A program made the translations under genes and the position numbers. DNA of 61,370 nucleotides, the filler included, from Jimgerdemannia flammicorona (Eukaryota), in NCBI GenBank assembly GCA_003990765.1. It is 3 parts of 3 records of this genome, joined end to end, with 100 filler letters (N's around TTAATTAATTAA, not from the genome) between each part and the next. Parts side by side here need not be neighbours in the genome. Positions count along the whole stretch, not along the records: positions 1 to 20,396 come from RBNJ01001693.1; 2 more parts are not named here. One strand, 5' to 3'. Shown here one piece after another: positions 1-13,359 of this stretch; within the stretch, counting starts at the first letter, position 1, and each line of letters starts with the position of its first letter. The notes below the pieces were generated by a model. It did no database searches, was not told the origin of the DNA, and worked only from the letters and a program-made list of their open reading frames with translations.

Positions 1-294
1 GCCATCCACTCCCCTTCACCTTGTCAGCAAAGCTGGAGGGGCCAGCCCTTCCCCTGTTACCACCTGACACCGGTCCTCCTCCAGAGCCCTCCCCGCCCTT
101 CGATCCTCCAAAGGCCCCCATCCCCAGGCCAAAACCCCTCCCCACCTCCTGCCAGCCGAAAGCCCCAGCTCCCCCCGACCCAGTACGCCCGTCGGAACTC
201 TTGTTCGAAGACATGTTGATAGTACCTTTTCTCCTAGTAGTGTCGAAAACTGTTGCCTGAAGTCTTGTGTAACGTGAATTGTACCGGAGAAAGG
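1..294 (-). mobile_element. 5' end of L1/Tx1-clade LINE, family C (young, CpG-retaining); ORF1 starts MSSNKSSDGRTG at ~214; inserted into S1 copy 1
   Basis: The minus strand begins CCTTTCTCCGGTACAATTCACGTTACAC, matching the LINE-B 5' ends at 23962 and 54306 (CCTTTCTCAGCTA.CATTCACGTTACAC). The ORF1 N-terminus is similar (GAFGWQEVGRG vs SAFNWQQVERG). Confidence 0.75.
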
Positions 295-296
295 TG

Positions 297-1353
297 TGCT
301 CCAGCTATGCCTGTCAAACACTGGCTATATCGACTCCCACAACATAGACTAGACTTGTCTGCTCACCAGGGCTGGATCATCATTTACATGCAAGAGCACA
401 CCTATGCATCAGATCTAGCAGTGCCAGGACTGAATAAAGAATAGCCCCCTAAACTACAAAGAAAGCCTAAGGCAAAGAAAAAAACCCCCCAACCAACCAA
501 CAGAGAGCAAAGTAGATTCAAAGTGAGTAAGTAAAGGACTTATACACAGTACCTTCCTCAAAGGACTTACATATGGGCTAGGGCCTGAAAAGACCCCACT
601 CCCACTCCCCGAGCCTGTAGGCCTCAATCACATTGCCATATCAGCTCCTGGTTCCAGTCAGGTACTGCCAAATGAGGAAGGCCCCACTCCTTAAGCCTAC
701 AGGCCTTGATTGTATTGCCATATCAGCTCTCAGTTCTAGTTGAGTACAGCCAGGATGCCAGCCCCTGCACCACTCCACCCCCCACCAGCTAATCGAATGG
801 CTCTACTGAAATACTGTCCACTCCAGCCCCAATAACTGCCCCCAGCCTAGCACCCTACTGGTTCACTGTAATCGCTCTTCCTCCTATCTGTGATGGCCAT
901 CTCCCCTCCTATCCCAACATCACCTGAAAAACAATTTACCTATATCAAAACCATGCTTGCTGGGAAGCTCACCAAAGCCAGAGGGCCCCACCACAGGTAC
1001 CAAGGACCTGCAGGTAATCTACACTGAGCACTTGATGTCTAAGGTCGGTTGACTCCCTATATAGTCTGAGACACACTGAGACAGTACCTTATTGATGACA
1101 GCAAAAGGAAGAAGGCACCACACCAAAATGAATGCACTCCAGATGTAGCCAAAGATACCAGAAACCGTGAAAAAGTGAAGAAGATACTGATTTGATACCG
1201 ATAAAGGGGCAACTCATCACCATTGCCCTTCTCCCACTATGCCCATGTAGGTATAGCAAACCAACCTGAGATAGAGGGGGTAATAATAGGGGAAAGGGGA
1301 CTCAGAAGGTTGTCTACCAAATCTTATAACTGGTAAGATAGCGGAGAAAGGGG
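297..1353 (-). mobile_element. S1 non-autonomous poly(A) retroposon, copy 1 (subfamily a; 3' end cut off by the LINE-C insertion)
   Basis: Colinear with 3400-4445. Its 5' end CCCCTTTCTCCGCTATCTTACC interrupts the LINE-A RT at ...RKLVSKILA. Confidence 0.85.
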
Positions 1354-3229
1354 CAGCTAGAATCTTTGACACCAACTTTCTATCCACATTCAGCAGCATG
1401 ATAGGTTGCCAATTACACTACACCCATTGATCTCCCTTTTCCTTGTATAGAAGAGAAACTGGCCCTAAGGAACCATTGCCAATCCAGCAACTCTCCTTCA
1501 GAACAGCATTGGCCATCTCCATCAACCAGTCACCAAACTCAGTCTTGAACTCCTTCCAGAATTCCCAGAGCAATCCATCCTCCCCAGGAGATAAACCAGT
1601 CTACATCTTCCTCAGTACTTCTAATACTTCATCTAGAGATATCTCCCTCATGACCACTTCTCCTATCTCAGATATCACTATCACTGGCCAATTGGTCACC
1701 ATATTGTAGTTATCCTCCCCAAGCCTAGTACCCTCAGCATGCTTCCCACCATCTTGCCAAAGAGCTTACTATTGACCAGAAACCTCCCCTAACATGTCAG
1801 CAATCCCAGAGACCTCTACTCCATCTTTGTACAATACTGAGGCCCAACTATGTCATACTCTCCTGACCTTCAAGATACCAGACAAATATCTTGTCAGCCT
1901 CTCTCCTTCTTTCAACCATTTGGCTCATAGCCTGGCCAGCAGACCATCTACCACCCTAGTCTCAGACACCCTTAAATCCACCTGTAGCTCTGCCACCTCT
2001 AATGTCAACTAGTGGCATACCTCTCCAGATAAGTTCCCCCTTTCCAAAAGCTTCAATCACCATTACAGCCCCTTCTCTACTCTCCTTTCCTTGTCCTTCT
2101 GTTCTTTCCCAGCCACTTCTCCAACATCATGCCAGTAAGCACCAGCCAAATGTTTGAATTTACCCCACCATTTTGCTATCAACTGCCCTTCATTCCCCCA
2201 TTGCATAACTTCCTGTTTCATAACTATCACAAAATTGTCCCTCTCCTTCTTCCTCCTGAGTAAGACCACATTGAGGTGCCAGTACCCTCCACCACTGCCT
2301 GCTGCTTGGAATCTACCACAAACCTCCACTCTCCAGTGATCAGACCAAGGACACCAGTACACCTCAGCAGTGTCCAGTACATTGCCCCAGCACTCTGCCA
2401 CTAGCACTCAATTAATTCATATCCCAACCAATGCTGTTCCAACTGGATGCCACCAGGTAAAAGGTCCCAACCTATCCCCCTGTTATTGATGAATGCTATC
2501 CACCAAACCCATGTCATGCTCCACCTGAAGCCATTGAGAAAGTCCAGAGGATACCATAACTCCTACTCTACTATCAGATCTATCCAGTGTTCGATCATAC
2601 ACCATATTGAAGTCCTCCCCCAGAATGTCCAAAGCAACTACCTCTCAACCATCTCATGCCTGCCATCTCTCAACCCATTGCTTTTGCTCTCTGTCAACTG
2701 CAGGGAGGTAAACTGAGCCAACTGTCAAACCATCACCTGCCCCTCCTTTTAGTCTTCCCCAAATCAGTCTGTCACTATAGATCTCTATCTCCACCAGCTT
2801 GCTCTTGCCTATACCAACCAAGATACCCACCTACATATTCCAACCTGCTCCACCATACCATTCTTTACTCCAAATCTCATAGTCTGACTCACCATAAGCC
2901 CAAACATCCTGAAGAAACATAACATTATACCTCCTGACTTTAAGTCATCTGAAAAGCCACCATCTTTTAACACCATCCCACAATCTATTGACATTGATCA
3001 ATAAAATATGTAAATTGTAAGGAAATTGTTTAAAGTTCAGCTAGGACCACCACTACCTTCTCAGCCCTTCCTCTAATTATTTCTTGCTGGTCCTCGCAAA
3101 TTGCCCTCCAGATTCAATCACCATTTGTACTGCTGCAGAAAAGGTCCACTCTTTCTGTTGCCACCTTCCTGATGTTGGCCATTCTGCTCTCGTCAACATC
3201 ATATCTTTCATCATCCAGAAGGACAGCTA

Positions 3230-3268
<39 letters not shown>

Positions 3269-6200
3269 GAACTCATAGTCTCGCGGATTTTTATTGGAAG
3301 GGAACCTAGAATATAGGCCAAAACTCTCCCCCACCACCCACCAAACAATATCCCCCTATTAACCTAGGCTACTAAATTGTCCAGCAGTCCCACCACTCTA
3401 GCTATGCCTGTCGAACACTGGCTATGTCGACCCCCACAACATAGACTAGACTTGTCTGCTCCCCAGGACTGGATCATCATTTACACATGAGAGCACACCT
3501 ATGTGTTGGATCTAGCAGTGCTGGGACTGAATAAAGAATAGCCCCCCAAACCCCAAAAGAAAGCCCAAGGTAAAGAAAAAACCCCCCAACCAATCAACAG
3601 GGAGCAAAGTAGATTCAAAGCAGGTGAGTAAAGAACTTAAATACAGTACCTTCTACAAAGGACTTATACATAGGCTAGGGCCTAAAGAGACCCCACTCCC
3701 ACTTCTCGAGCCTGCAGGCCTCAATCATGTTGCCATGTCAGCTCCTGGTTCTAGTCAGGTACTGCCAAATGAGGAAGATCCCACTCCCCAAGCCTGTGGG
3801 CCTTGATCATGTTGCTATGTCAGCTCTCGGTTCTAGTTGGGTATAGCCAGGATGCCAGCCCCTGCACCACCCCACCCCCCACCAGCTAATCAAAAGACCC
3901 TACCAAAATATTATCCACCCCTGCCCCAATGACTGCCCCCAGCCTGGCACCCTACTGGTTCACCATAATCACCCTTCCTCTTATCTGTGACAGCCATCTC
4001 TCCTCCCATCCTGACATCACCAAATAACAGTCACCTACACCAGAACTGTGCTTGCTGGGAAGCTTGCCAAAGCCAGAGGGCCCCACCACAGACACCGAGG
4101 ACCTACAGGTAACTTACACTGAGCACTTGATGCCCAAGGTTGGCCGACTCTCTATGTAGCCCAAGACACACTGAGATAGCACCTTGTTGGCGATGGCAAA
4201 AGGAAGAAGATGCTGCACCAAAACGGATGCACTCTAGATGCAGCCGAAGACACCAGAAACTATGAAAAAGTGGAGAAGACACTGATCCAACACTGATAAA
4301 GGGGCAACTCATCACTATTGCCCTCCTCCCACTATGCCCATACAGGCACAGCAAACCAACCTGAGGTAGAGGGGGTAATAATAGGGGAAAGGGAACTCAG
4401 AAGGTTGCCTACCAAACCTTGTGACTGGTAAGGTAGCAGAGAAAGATTTCAAAGAGCAGCTACCATTGCTATCACCAACTTAGACTCCTGTATTGCTACA
4501 TTGAGAAATCCTTCCCATACCTCCTGAGCTCCATGAAACACATCCACTTCCTTGATATCTTCTTTAGCTAGCTCCTCAAGTACCACCTGATACCAGCTCT
4601 CCACCATCATCACCAGGAGCCCAGGAGTCGAAGGCCTGGGGGTCCTACTCAGCTCTTGCAATTGTTCCCTATCTGCCAACACATCAGAAGCCATATCCAC
4701 TAGCTCATCCTCCTCTACCACTTTCTCCAAATGAATTACCTCACCAGCTTCTGGGCACTCCTAATGAACATTCACCACCCCAGCCATATGGGTGTCCTCC
4801 ACCTGAGTCTCCAGTACCACTTCAACATCAACCTCAAAGCCTCCTTCACCAACCTCCTCCTTATCCACCCACTTTCCTCTCACCGGCACATGTGCTGAGT
4901 TCTCTACACCATCCAGCTGGGAGAAGGACACCTCTGCCACCTCTACTCCTTCCATCTGATTCTTGGCTGCCTCTACTCTTACCTCCTCTTCCACTGCTAC
5001 CCCTTGAAGGACCACCTGCAGATGCTCCCAGTTTCCTTTCCTCCACCTCTTCCACTTGCCATCTGCCTAGATCCAGACCCAATCCTTGGTGTACTCCTCC
5101 CACTTCCTCTTTCATAGCTCCTTGGCAGCCTCTCTCTCCTCCAGAGCAATTGCCAACTCTTCCTCCTCCTGTTCTGCTCCCTTCCTCCTCCACACCTTGC
5201 ACTCTTGCCCCCCAATTCTAATCCCCTCAGGCCAATCATAGTCCAGCCCAGTTGCCTTCTTGTCTTTCAGTCACAGCATCATCTTGCAGTTGTCATTTCT
5301 CTACTTGGTGCCCTCCCAGAACATAAACCCAAAGTCCACCATCTCACTATATCCACTCAGTACCTCTACCACCATCTCCTTGGTCTCCTGTCTGCCCAGG
5401 GTTGGCAGTCCTTCTACCATCAGCTGAACAGCATATAGATCCCACCTCAGACATCTTGCCATCTCAATCCAGACACTCTTGACTGTCATCCCTTTCTCCA
5501 GTGCCTTCACCATTACATTCTCCTCCACAAATCCAATCTCCACAGCCTCTGCTGAAGGGATGAACTTCAGAGATTCTGCCCCAGCCACTTCCTCCCCCAT
5601 CAGTCTCAGAACCTCCCTCACTGACATCACCAATCCCAGGAAGTTTGCTGAGATTGTCCATATCAATACCAATTTGTGGAAGCAGGGCCTCACCACCAAC
5701 TCACCTATCCCAGCTGCCAGCATCATCTTTCTCTTGGTCCCTGAAACATCTGTAGTTGTCCCATCAGACAGAGCTATGCCACCTGCAGTCCTCTCCCCAG
5801 TCACCTGCCCAGCCACAGAAGAATCAGTCCCTAGCATCATACCACCAGACCCCTATCTCCTACCAGCCACCTGACCTGTCACCTGACTTGTCACCTGACC
5901 CCTCCCCCTGTCAACACTATACCCCCCCTGTCCTACCCCTATGGGCCTAGCTGCAGCCCTCCTATTCTCATCCACCATATACTAGGCCTCAATTCCACCA
6001 GTTCTCCCATGCCTACCAGCCCCTCCTGCAGTCACACTAGCCCCTGCAGTAGCTGCAAAGCTCTTGGGAATATCCAGACCAGACCTCCTCCTCTCTAGAT
6101 GCTCAGAGCTAGAGGAATCTTGACTAGCCATATCGCCAAAACTTGACAGTTTTCCTTGAAACTTGTTGTGCCTTATAGATAGACTCCTGCCACATGATGT

Positions 6201-6301
6201 ATACCAGTATGTTCGAAATAAAAACTTGAAAACATGTTGTCTTTCACTGAAAGATGCCTGTGTGGCTTAGCTCGCTCCAAGTAGTTTGAGCAAAAGAAGT
6301 C
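1354..6301 (-). mobile_element. L1/Tx1-clade LINE family A, degenerate; 5'UTR, ORF1 (~6131-3030, split by S1 copy 2), ORF2 APE endonuclease and N-part of RT (~3020-1354)
   Basis: Motifs include WCPWSDHW, GGYWHLN, PGEDGL and NWQPIMLLNVDRKLVSKILA. ORF1 is homologous to 9432-11290. The 5' end is GACTTCTTTTGCTCAAAC. Confidence 0.9.
3233..4445 (-). mobile_element. S1 retroposon copy 2, full length (~1.2 kb)
   Basis: Poly(T) at 3233-3265 with AATAAA upstream of the tail. TSD core CAGCTACCATT at 3224 and 4457. Defined 5' end CTTTCTCTGCTACCTTACC. Confidence 0.9.
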
Positions 6302-6302
6302 C

Positions 6303-9255
6303 TAATATCATATATCCTGACTTTAAGCCATCTGAATAGCTGCCACCTCTTAATGCCATCTTGCAATCTATTGACATTGATCGATAAAATATGTAAACTG
6401 TTCATCATCATCAAAGAAATTGTTTAAAGCTCAGTAGGGATTGCCACAACCTTCTCAGCCCTTCCTCTAATGATCTCTTACTGGTTCTCACAAATTGCCC
6501 TTCAGATTTGATCTTTATTTGCACTGCTACAGAACAGGTCTACTCTTTCTGCCACCACCTTCCTGATGTTGGCCATTCTGCTCTCATCAACATCATATCC
6601 TTCATTATTCAGAAGAGCTGCTATCATTGCTGTCACCAGCTTAGGCAAGAAATATTCGACACAGCTGGTCTTCAGTTTTGCAAGAAGATGGTGTTGAGGT
6701 TACTAGTGTAGCAGATATGTTGGAGGAGATTTCGGGACAATAGTGGACCCTCTGGAGTGATGATAATATGGGAGGGGGTGCTGGAGTAGGGGATGTTGTG
6801 GAGGCACCTCTTGTATATAACTGGCCAGTGGTGCCACTACTAGAGATAGGAGCTTTAGTATTAGGCAGAGTGTCTTTGGAGGAGGTGTTGGAGGTTCTGC
6901 AGAAGACATCAAGTGGTTTATCACCTGGGGAGAATGGACTTCCTTGGGAGTTTTGGAAGGAGTTTCAGGTGTAATTTGGGGCTTAGCTTGTTGAAATGGT
7001 TAATTTTGTACTGGAAGAAGGACAGTAGATTGGGAATGAAAGCTTAGGTCTGGTGTCTTTGCTGTATAAGGAGAAAGGTGACAGGAGGAAGTAGCATAAC
7101 TGGCGGCCAATCATGCTGTTGAATGTGGACAGAAAGCTAGTCTCCAAAATCTTGGTAGAGAGATTGTAGCAGTGGATTGGAAGACTGGTAGGAGAGGAGC
7201 AGAGGGGCTTTGTGAAGGGTTGGCAGATTAGGAACAGTACTGCCTGGGTGCAAAATATTTTGGAAGACTGTAGGAGTCAGAAGGTTGATGGGAGAATAGT
7301 CTTCTTGGATCAAGAGAAGGCTTATGATAGAGTATGGTGGAATTATCTAGATGCAATACTCTAGAAAGTAGAATTTGATCTTGGAGAGATTGGAAGATTG
7401 ATGGGGCTAGTGTGAGGCTATTGAGGGGTAGTACTGATGAATGGCTGGAGCAGTCTGGAGTTTGCCTTAGGAAGAGGGGTTCCACAAGGGGACCCTCTTT
7501 CTCTGCTCCTTTACATCCTCTCACTAGAACTGGTGCTGGCCTGGCTAAGAGGACAGCTGAATAGATTGCATATAGGTGAGGTAGTATGGAAGCTGGGGGC
7601 CTTTGCAGACAACATGGTGGTGGGACTCAGCAGTGTGGTGGATGTGGATATTTTAAGAGATAGAATAGAACAGTATGAGGGGTTGGCAGGTGCAAAGTTG
7701 AATTGGGGAAAGTGTGAAACCTTAGAGCTTGGTGCAGGCTTAGGGGTAGTGGGGTTTGGATGAGTGGTGCCTAAGGGGGAGGCAGTATGGTACTTAGGGA
7801 TATGGTTTTCAGTATTCAGGACCATTTTGTCAAGGGAGTGGTAGAGTTCTATGGTATAAAAATGGGAAGGTGTGCTGATGGGCTGGGCTGGTCAAAACAT
7901 TTCTCTGGTGGGAAGGGTGGTGGTCCTGAATATATACTGGCTGCCGAAGCTGTGGTACCTGGATTATCACCTAGATTTCCCTGGATAGGTGGTGCAGTGT
8001 CTCAAAAAGGCTATTGAAGGGTGGCTCTAGAGGGGTAGATGGCTACAGATTGGATGGGAAGCATTGATGCTACCAATTACTGATAGCAGTTTGGGGTTGG
8101 TGGACTTTTGGTGAAGGTTGAAGGCACTTAGGGGCTGGTGGGGTCGCCGACTAGTAGAGTTAGGGGAAGAAAGCTGGGGCAGATTAGCGATGGACAATTG
8201 GGAGATCAGATTCTGCCCCCAGAGTGCAGAGAGAAAGGATTTGCGAGGGCTACTTCAGGTTGGATCCATGGGGAGGATGAGGTTCAAAGGGTTCTGGTGG
8301 GGCATTGTTGAGGCCTGGCTTATGATGGGCCTAATGGGGTCAGAGGTGGAGGCAATAGAGAAGGGGGTGGACCCTAAGTAGCAGTGATGGCAACTTAGAC
8401 TACTAAGGGTAGGAGGGAAGAAGCTGAAGGGCTATTCTTTGGTTGAGATAATAAAATGGGCCAGATCAGGCCCTCTTGAGTGGTGGTCAGTAGGATGGCA
8501 GACAACTGGTATTGGCGAGATATGGGAATGGGGTAGAATTTAGTAATAGACAGCTACTTTGAATAAGGTGGTACCTGTAATCCATCTCAGGAAGATAGTG
8601 TCATCCTTGTGCAGGGGCTATGCTAATCTTCTCTGTATCATTCCAATTTTTTCAGGTGTCAGAGGTCCCGAAGAACTTGACAGAATAAGGTGGTATCTCC
8701 TTGATATTGGATAGTTTGGTGGAGGTTCCTGAGAAGGAATGTCATATTGAACTATTAGACAGGATGGATGGTGGCTGATGGAAGCAAGAATTGTGAATAG
8801 TATGCTGAGTTCTCTGGAGAAGTGGTTCAGACCCCAGAGTATATCATAGAGGCCTGCCCAGGAGTGGAGGGTTATTGGCAGATGCTGGAGGAATACTGGG
8901 GTTCTGATCGAAGGAGGCTGGGAGAGTCTATCAGTGTTGTCACTTGGAGGAGACTGATGGGGGATGTTAGGGACATTTGGGGAGATATTGGGCAGATTTT
9001 GGGAGTGTGGATCTTAATGGTGATACACTGGCAATGGGTCTTTGAAGGCCAATGTTGGATGGGAATTAGAGACCTAGTAGAGCAATAGCATTGGCTAGTA
9101 TGAGAAGTAGTACAGAGTTGGTGGTACCAGGGGAGGCAGCAGGAGTTGGGGGCAGTAAAGAAGGTATAAGACATTGTATTGGAGAGTCAGGGTTATTTGA
9201 CACTAGGTAAGGATGGGGTACAGTGAAAAATTGGGGCGAGTTGATAGGATCTGTT
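6303..9255 (+). mobile_element. LINE-A copy with inverted 5' segment (6303-6645 minus: ORF1 end/EN start; ~6650-9255 plus: RT and C-terminus), degenerate
   Basis: The plus strand encodes SPGENGLPWEFW, NWRPIMLLNVD, LDQEKAYD, GRGVPQGDPLS, AFADNM and WYLG. The minus fragment matches 2930-3230. Confidence 0.85.
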
Positions 9256-9261
9256 AGGGGA

Positions 9262-12183
9262 GACTTCTTTTGCTCAAACCATTTAGAGTGATCTAAGTCA
9301 CACAGACATCTTTTCATAAAAAGCAATATGTTTTTAAGTTTTCACTTCATTTATACTGGTGTGCAAGGTATGGCAGAAGTCTGGCAACAACTCAAAACAA
9401 GTTTTGTCAAAATCCATCAAGTTTTCATGGTATGGCAACCCAAGACTCATCAAGCTTGGAGTGTCTAGAGAGGAGGAGGCCTGGCCTGGGCCTCCCCAAG
9501 AGTTTTGTGGCAGCAGCAGGTCAAGGTGGAGCTGGAGGGCAGGCTGGAGGTTGTAGACCAGTGGTAGGATTGGATGGTTGGCACACAGTGGTTAAGAGTA
9601 AGTGGGCAGCTACTAGGTCTATAGTTAGGGAGCAGTAGGAGCATAGTATTGACAGAAGTAAATGTCAGATGACTGGTCAGCTGACTGGCCAAGGACCCAG
9701 CAGGGGTCAGAGATCCAGAGGTATGATGGCTGGGACTGGCTTTCCTGGGGCTGGGCTGGTGGCTGGGAGTGGGACTGCTGGTAGTGCAGTGACTCCTAGT
9801 GAGATAGTAGCTAGCATATCTGGTAGTAAGAACAAGGCAACTCTGGTGGCAGGAACTGGGGAGCTAGTGGTATGACCATTCTTCCATAAGTTGGTATCAT
9901 TATGGGCAGTCTCCACCAACTTCTTGGGCCTTGGTCTATCAGCCAAGGAAGTTCTATGACTGGTGGGTAAGGAGGTTGCAGGGGCTGAGTCACTGAGGTT
10001 TATCCCCTCAGCAGAGGCAGTGGAGGTTGGATTTGTTGAGGAGGAGGCTATGGTGAAGGCCTTGGAGAAGGGATTGATGATCAAGAATATTAAGGTGGAG
10101 ATGGTGAGGTGCCTGAGATGGGACCCACATGTAGTGAGGTTAGTGGTGGAAGGACTGCCAATACTGAGTAGGCAGGAGACTAAGATGGTGATCACTAAGG
10201 CTCTAGAAGGCTTTGGTGAGGTGGTGGATTTTGGATTTATGTTTTGGGAGAGCACAAAGTTGAGGAATGACAATTGTGAGACAATGGTGTAGCTGGAGGG
10301 GAAGGAGGCAACAGGCCTGAGGCAGGACTAGCCAGAGATTATTTGTGTTGAGGAGCAGGATTGTTGGGTCTGAAGGAGGAAAGACTCTGAGCAGGAAGAG
10401 GAGGAGCTGCTGATAGCCCTTGAGGAGCATGATGTGGCAAAGGCTTTGTGGAAAAGGAAATGGGAGAAATTTGCAAAAGATTGGATCTGGATTGAGATGG
10501 ATGGTAAGAGGAAGCATTGGCATAAGGCAAACTGGGAGTGGCTGCAGGCAGTGCTGCAAGTGTCTGCAGAGGAAGAGGTTGAAAGGGTAGCATCTGACAG
10601 GAATCAAATAGAAGGGGTTGAGGTGGCTGAGGTGTCCTTCTCACAGCTGGGGAGAGTGGAAGAATCTGTGCATACACTGGTAATAGAGAAGTGGGCAGAT
10701 GGTGAGGAAGAGTGAGGAGCAGACTTCGAAGAAAATATTGAGATGGTTCCAGAAACTCAGATGGAAGACATAGTGATGGCTAGGTCAGCGAATATACACT
10801 GGGAGTATCCAGAAGCAGGGGAGGTGGTGAGGTTGGATAAGGTCTCTGAAGAGGATGAGTTGGTGGATGTCACTTCGGATGTATCTGCAGACAGAGAATT
10901 GCTTCAGGAGCTGTGCAGGACTCCCAGGCCTGTAACTCTGGAGCTGTTGGTGATGGTGGCAGATGGCTGGTTCTGGAGGAACTGGCAGAGGATGACATTA
11001 AGGAAGTGGATGTATTTCAGAGTTCTCCAGAGGCATGAGAAGGATTTCTCAAGATGACATTGTAGGGACCAAAGCTGGTAATGGCAATAGTGGTAGCCCT
11101 TCTGGAGGATGAAGGGTATAAGGTGGATGATGACTGAATTGCAGATATCTATAAGGTGGCATCTGAGTGAGTAGACTTCTTCTGTGGCGGTGACAATGAT
11201 AAGAGAATTTGGCAGGCAGTCTATGAGGAGCATCGAGACATCATTAAGGGCTGAGCTGAGAAGGTGGCAGCAGTGGCAGCTGATATCTAAACTCCAAATT
11301 TTTCATGATGAAGTACAACCTACAAATTCTGTCTATCAATGTCAATGGTTTGTGAGATGGTGTGAAGTGGTGGTGTCTCTTTTGATGGTTGAAAGTCCGG
11401 AGGTATGATGTAGTGTTCCTTCAAGATATTTGGGTCTATGGTGAGGAGGACTATGAGTCATGGAGTAAGAAATAATTTGGAGATACTAGTTGGAGTAAGC
11501 AAGTTGGTATTCTGATTAGGGTTAGAAAGGGGAAGTTAGTTGATGTGGAAAGTTTTGGTGATCAACTAGTATGGAGAAGGCTGAAGAGAGGAAAAGGAGA
11601 TGGACTCTTGGTGGGCTCTGTATATCTGCCAGCAGTTGGCAGAGAGCAAAAGCAATGGGTGGAGGAGTGGCTGGCTTGGGAGAATTGGGTGGCTCTAGGG
11701 TTGGATATTTTGCGGGTGATTTTAATATGATTAGGGACCATGTACTAGACCAGTCTGATGGCAGGGCTAGTGAAGCAGTTTCTCCGGGGCTATCTCAGTG
11801 GCTTCAGGTGGAAAAGGGCATGAGATTGATAGATGGTATACGAATGAGGGCAGGAGATGAGTCAGGCCCCTTTACCAGATGGCATTCTATAGACAATGAG
11901 ATGGTTGATACATGGATTGATTGGGTACTGGTAGCTGAACATTGGGGTAATGTTTTCAATACAGTCAGGATATAGTGGTACCTATGGTCAGACTATTGGG
12001 GAGTTGAGGTGAGTGGAAGATTCTAGGCTATTAATGGGAGAGGTGGGTGCTGGCATCTTAATGTAGCTCTGCTCTGGCATCCAGTAGAACAAGAGCAATT
12101 CATATACTTGGCCTGATAGGAAGTAGAGCAATAGATGGCTGGTGGTCTATCTATTGCTGATTGGTGGGGCAGATTCAAACACT
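9262..12183 (+). mobile_element. LINE-A copy: 5'UTR, ORF1 (9432-~11290), ORF2 endonuclease (~11310-12183), truncated at the S2 insertion
   Basis: Starts GACTTCTTTTGCTCAAACC. ORF1 begins MATQDSSSL. Endonuclease motifs are LSINVNG, GSVYLP, AGDFN and WSD. Confidence 0.9.
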
Positions 12184-12540
12184 TTTTTTTTTTTTTTTTC
12201 TACACTCATTTATTCCAAACATAGTTACATAGTGAACAGTGGGAAAACATCCCCCGGATTACCTGACAAGAAAGTAAGTGGGGTCAGGCCCTGAAAAGAG
12301 TAGCCTTGGGCTACCTGATACCTAATCTTAGCAAAGCTAAGGTGGCCGGGGCCTGGTTCTCTCTGCTCTGAGCTGCTTCCACCTCCCTCTCCCTGCCAAT
12401 AACAATGCACCACCAAGGCCACAACCGGCCCTCTCATTCAAATAATATATATAATGAAGAAAAATAAAATGGTATGCAGGCCTGATAAACCACAACTATA
12501 AGTTACTCCACTCCACCTTGACTGCCCAGCACCAGCCTAC
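12184..12540 (-). mobile_element. S2 poly(A) retroposon, 3' part (cut by the Gypsy LTR at 12541)
   Basis: Poly(T) at 12184 and AATAAA. Reverse-complement homologous to ~35915-36260. Confidence 0.8.
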
Positions 12541-13348
12541 TGTAATAACTCTCACTTCTATCCCTCTCTTATCCTTTGGATAATTAGGGAAGTAGACTAT
12601 TACTTAGGGACTTAGTACACAATGTGTACCAAGAAGCCTTCAGTTTGAGGAAGTGCTCACTTAAAGTAGTTGTAGCAGCAGTGCCTTATCTTTCAAAGGT
12701 CTTTTTCTGGTTCGCCTTCTGTTTCAAAGGTCTTTCTCTTGTGCCCTATTTCGAGGGTCTTGTTCTTTGCTGTGCACAGACTAAATTCGCCTTGGAATTC
12801 AGGTTCAATGGGTTTACTTAAGTCTTTGGGAATTTATATACCGGTCTCAGTTCTGGCAGAAGTTAGCTAGGCTTCTGGAGTTTAGTCAGAAACACTAGAG
12901 TCACTTAGATGTCATTACTAAGACTCAGGGGAATGTGTGTGTGTGGGGGGGGACTTGATTCTTGTATCAAGGACTGAACTAAAACTACTTTATTTCGGAT
13001 GAAAAACTGGGGGGTATTTATACAAGTTGGTCCGCGATTTCTGACTAAGTATGAGTGACTAATTTGGTAACTATAATGAGGTTTGTGTTCGCGACCTTTG
13101 TCAGGTGGTTTTTGGCAAAAACAACTTTATGATCAGCACCTCAATTACTAGGCAATGATCAGCTGCTGTGGTAACTATTGCTGTGGTGCCAATTGTTGGG
13201 GATAAGCTGGATATCGTTTTCCACATCATTTTGCATCATTCGTTTGTTACTTGCTATTCATATGTCGTGCTTGATCATATGATGATGTCATCACTGAGTC
13301 ATGTGATCACTCGTCGTCCATTACATCCCATCTGTTCGTCCTATTACA
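12541..13348 (-). repeat. 3' LTR (outer copy, ~810 bp) of chromovirus Gypsy-1
   Basis: TGTAATA...TATTACA termini. PPT AGGGGGGAAGGA at 13349-13360 (minus). Near-identical to 14697-15487. Confidence 0.9.
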
Positions 13349-13359
13349 TCCTTCCCCCC

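Noticed and set aside
4103..4354. ORF in S1 recurring at 33166-33489
   Set aside because: Recurrence reflects DNA homology only. The frame downstream differs between copies and no protein motif is evident.
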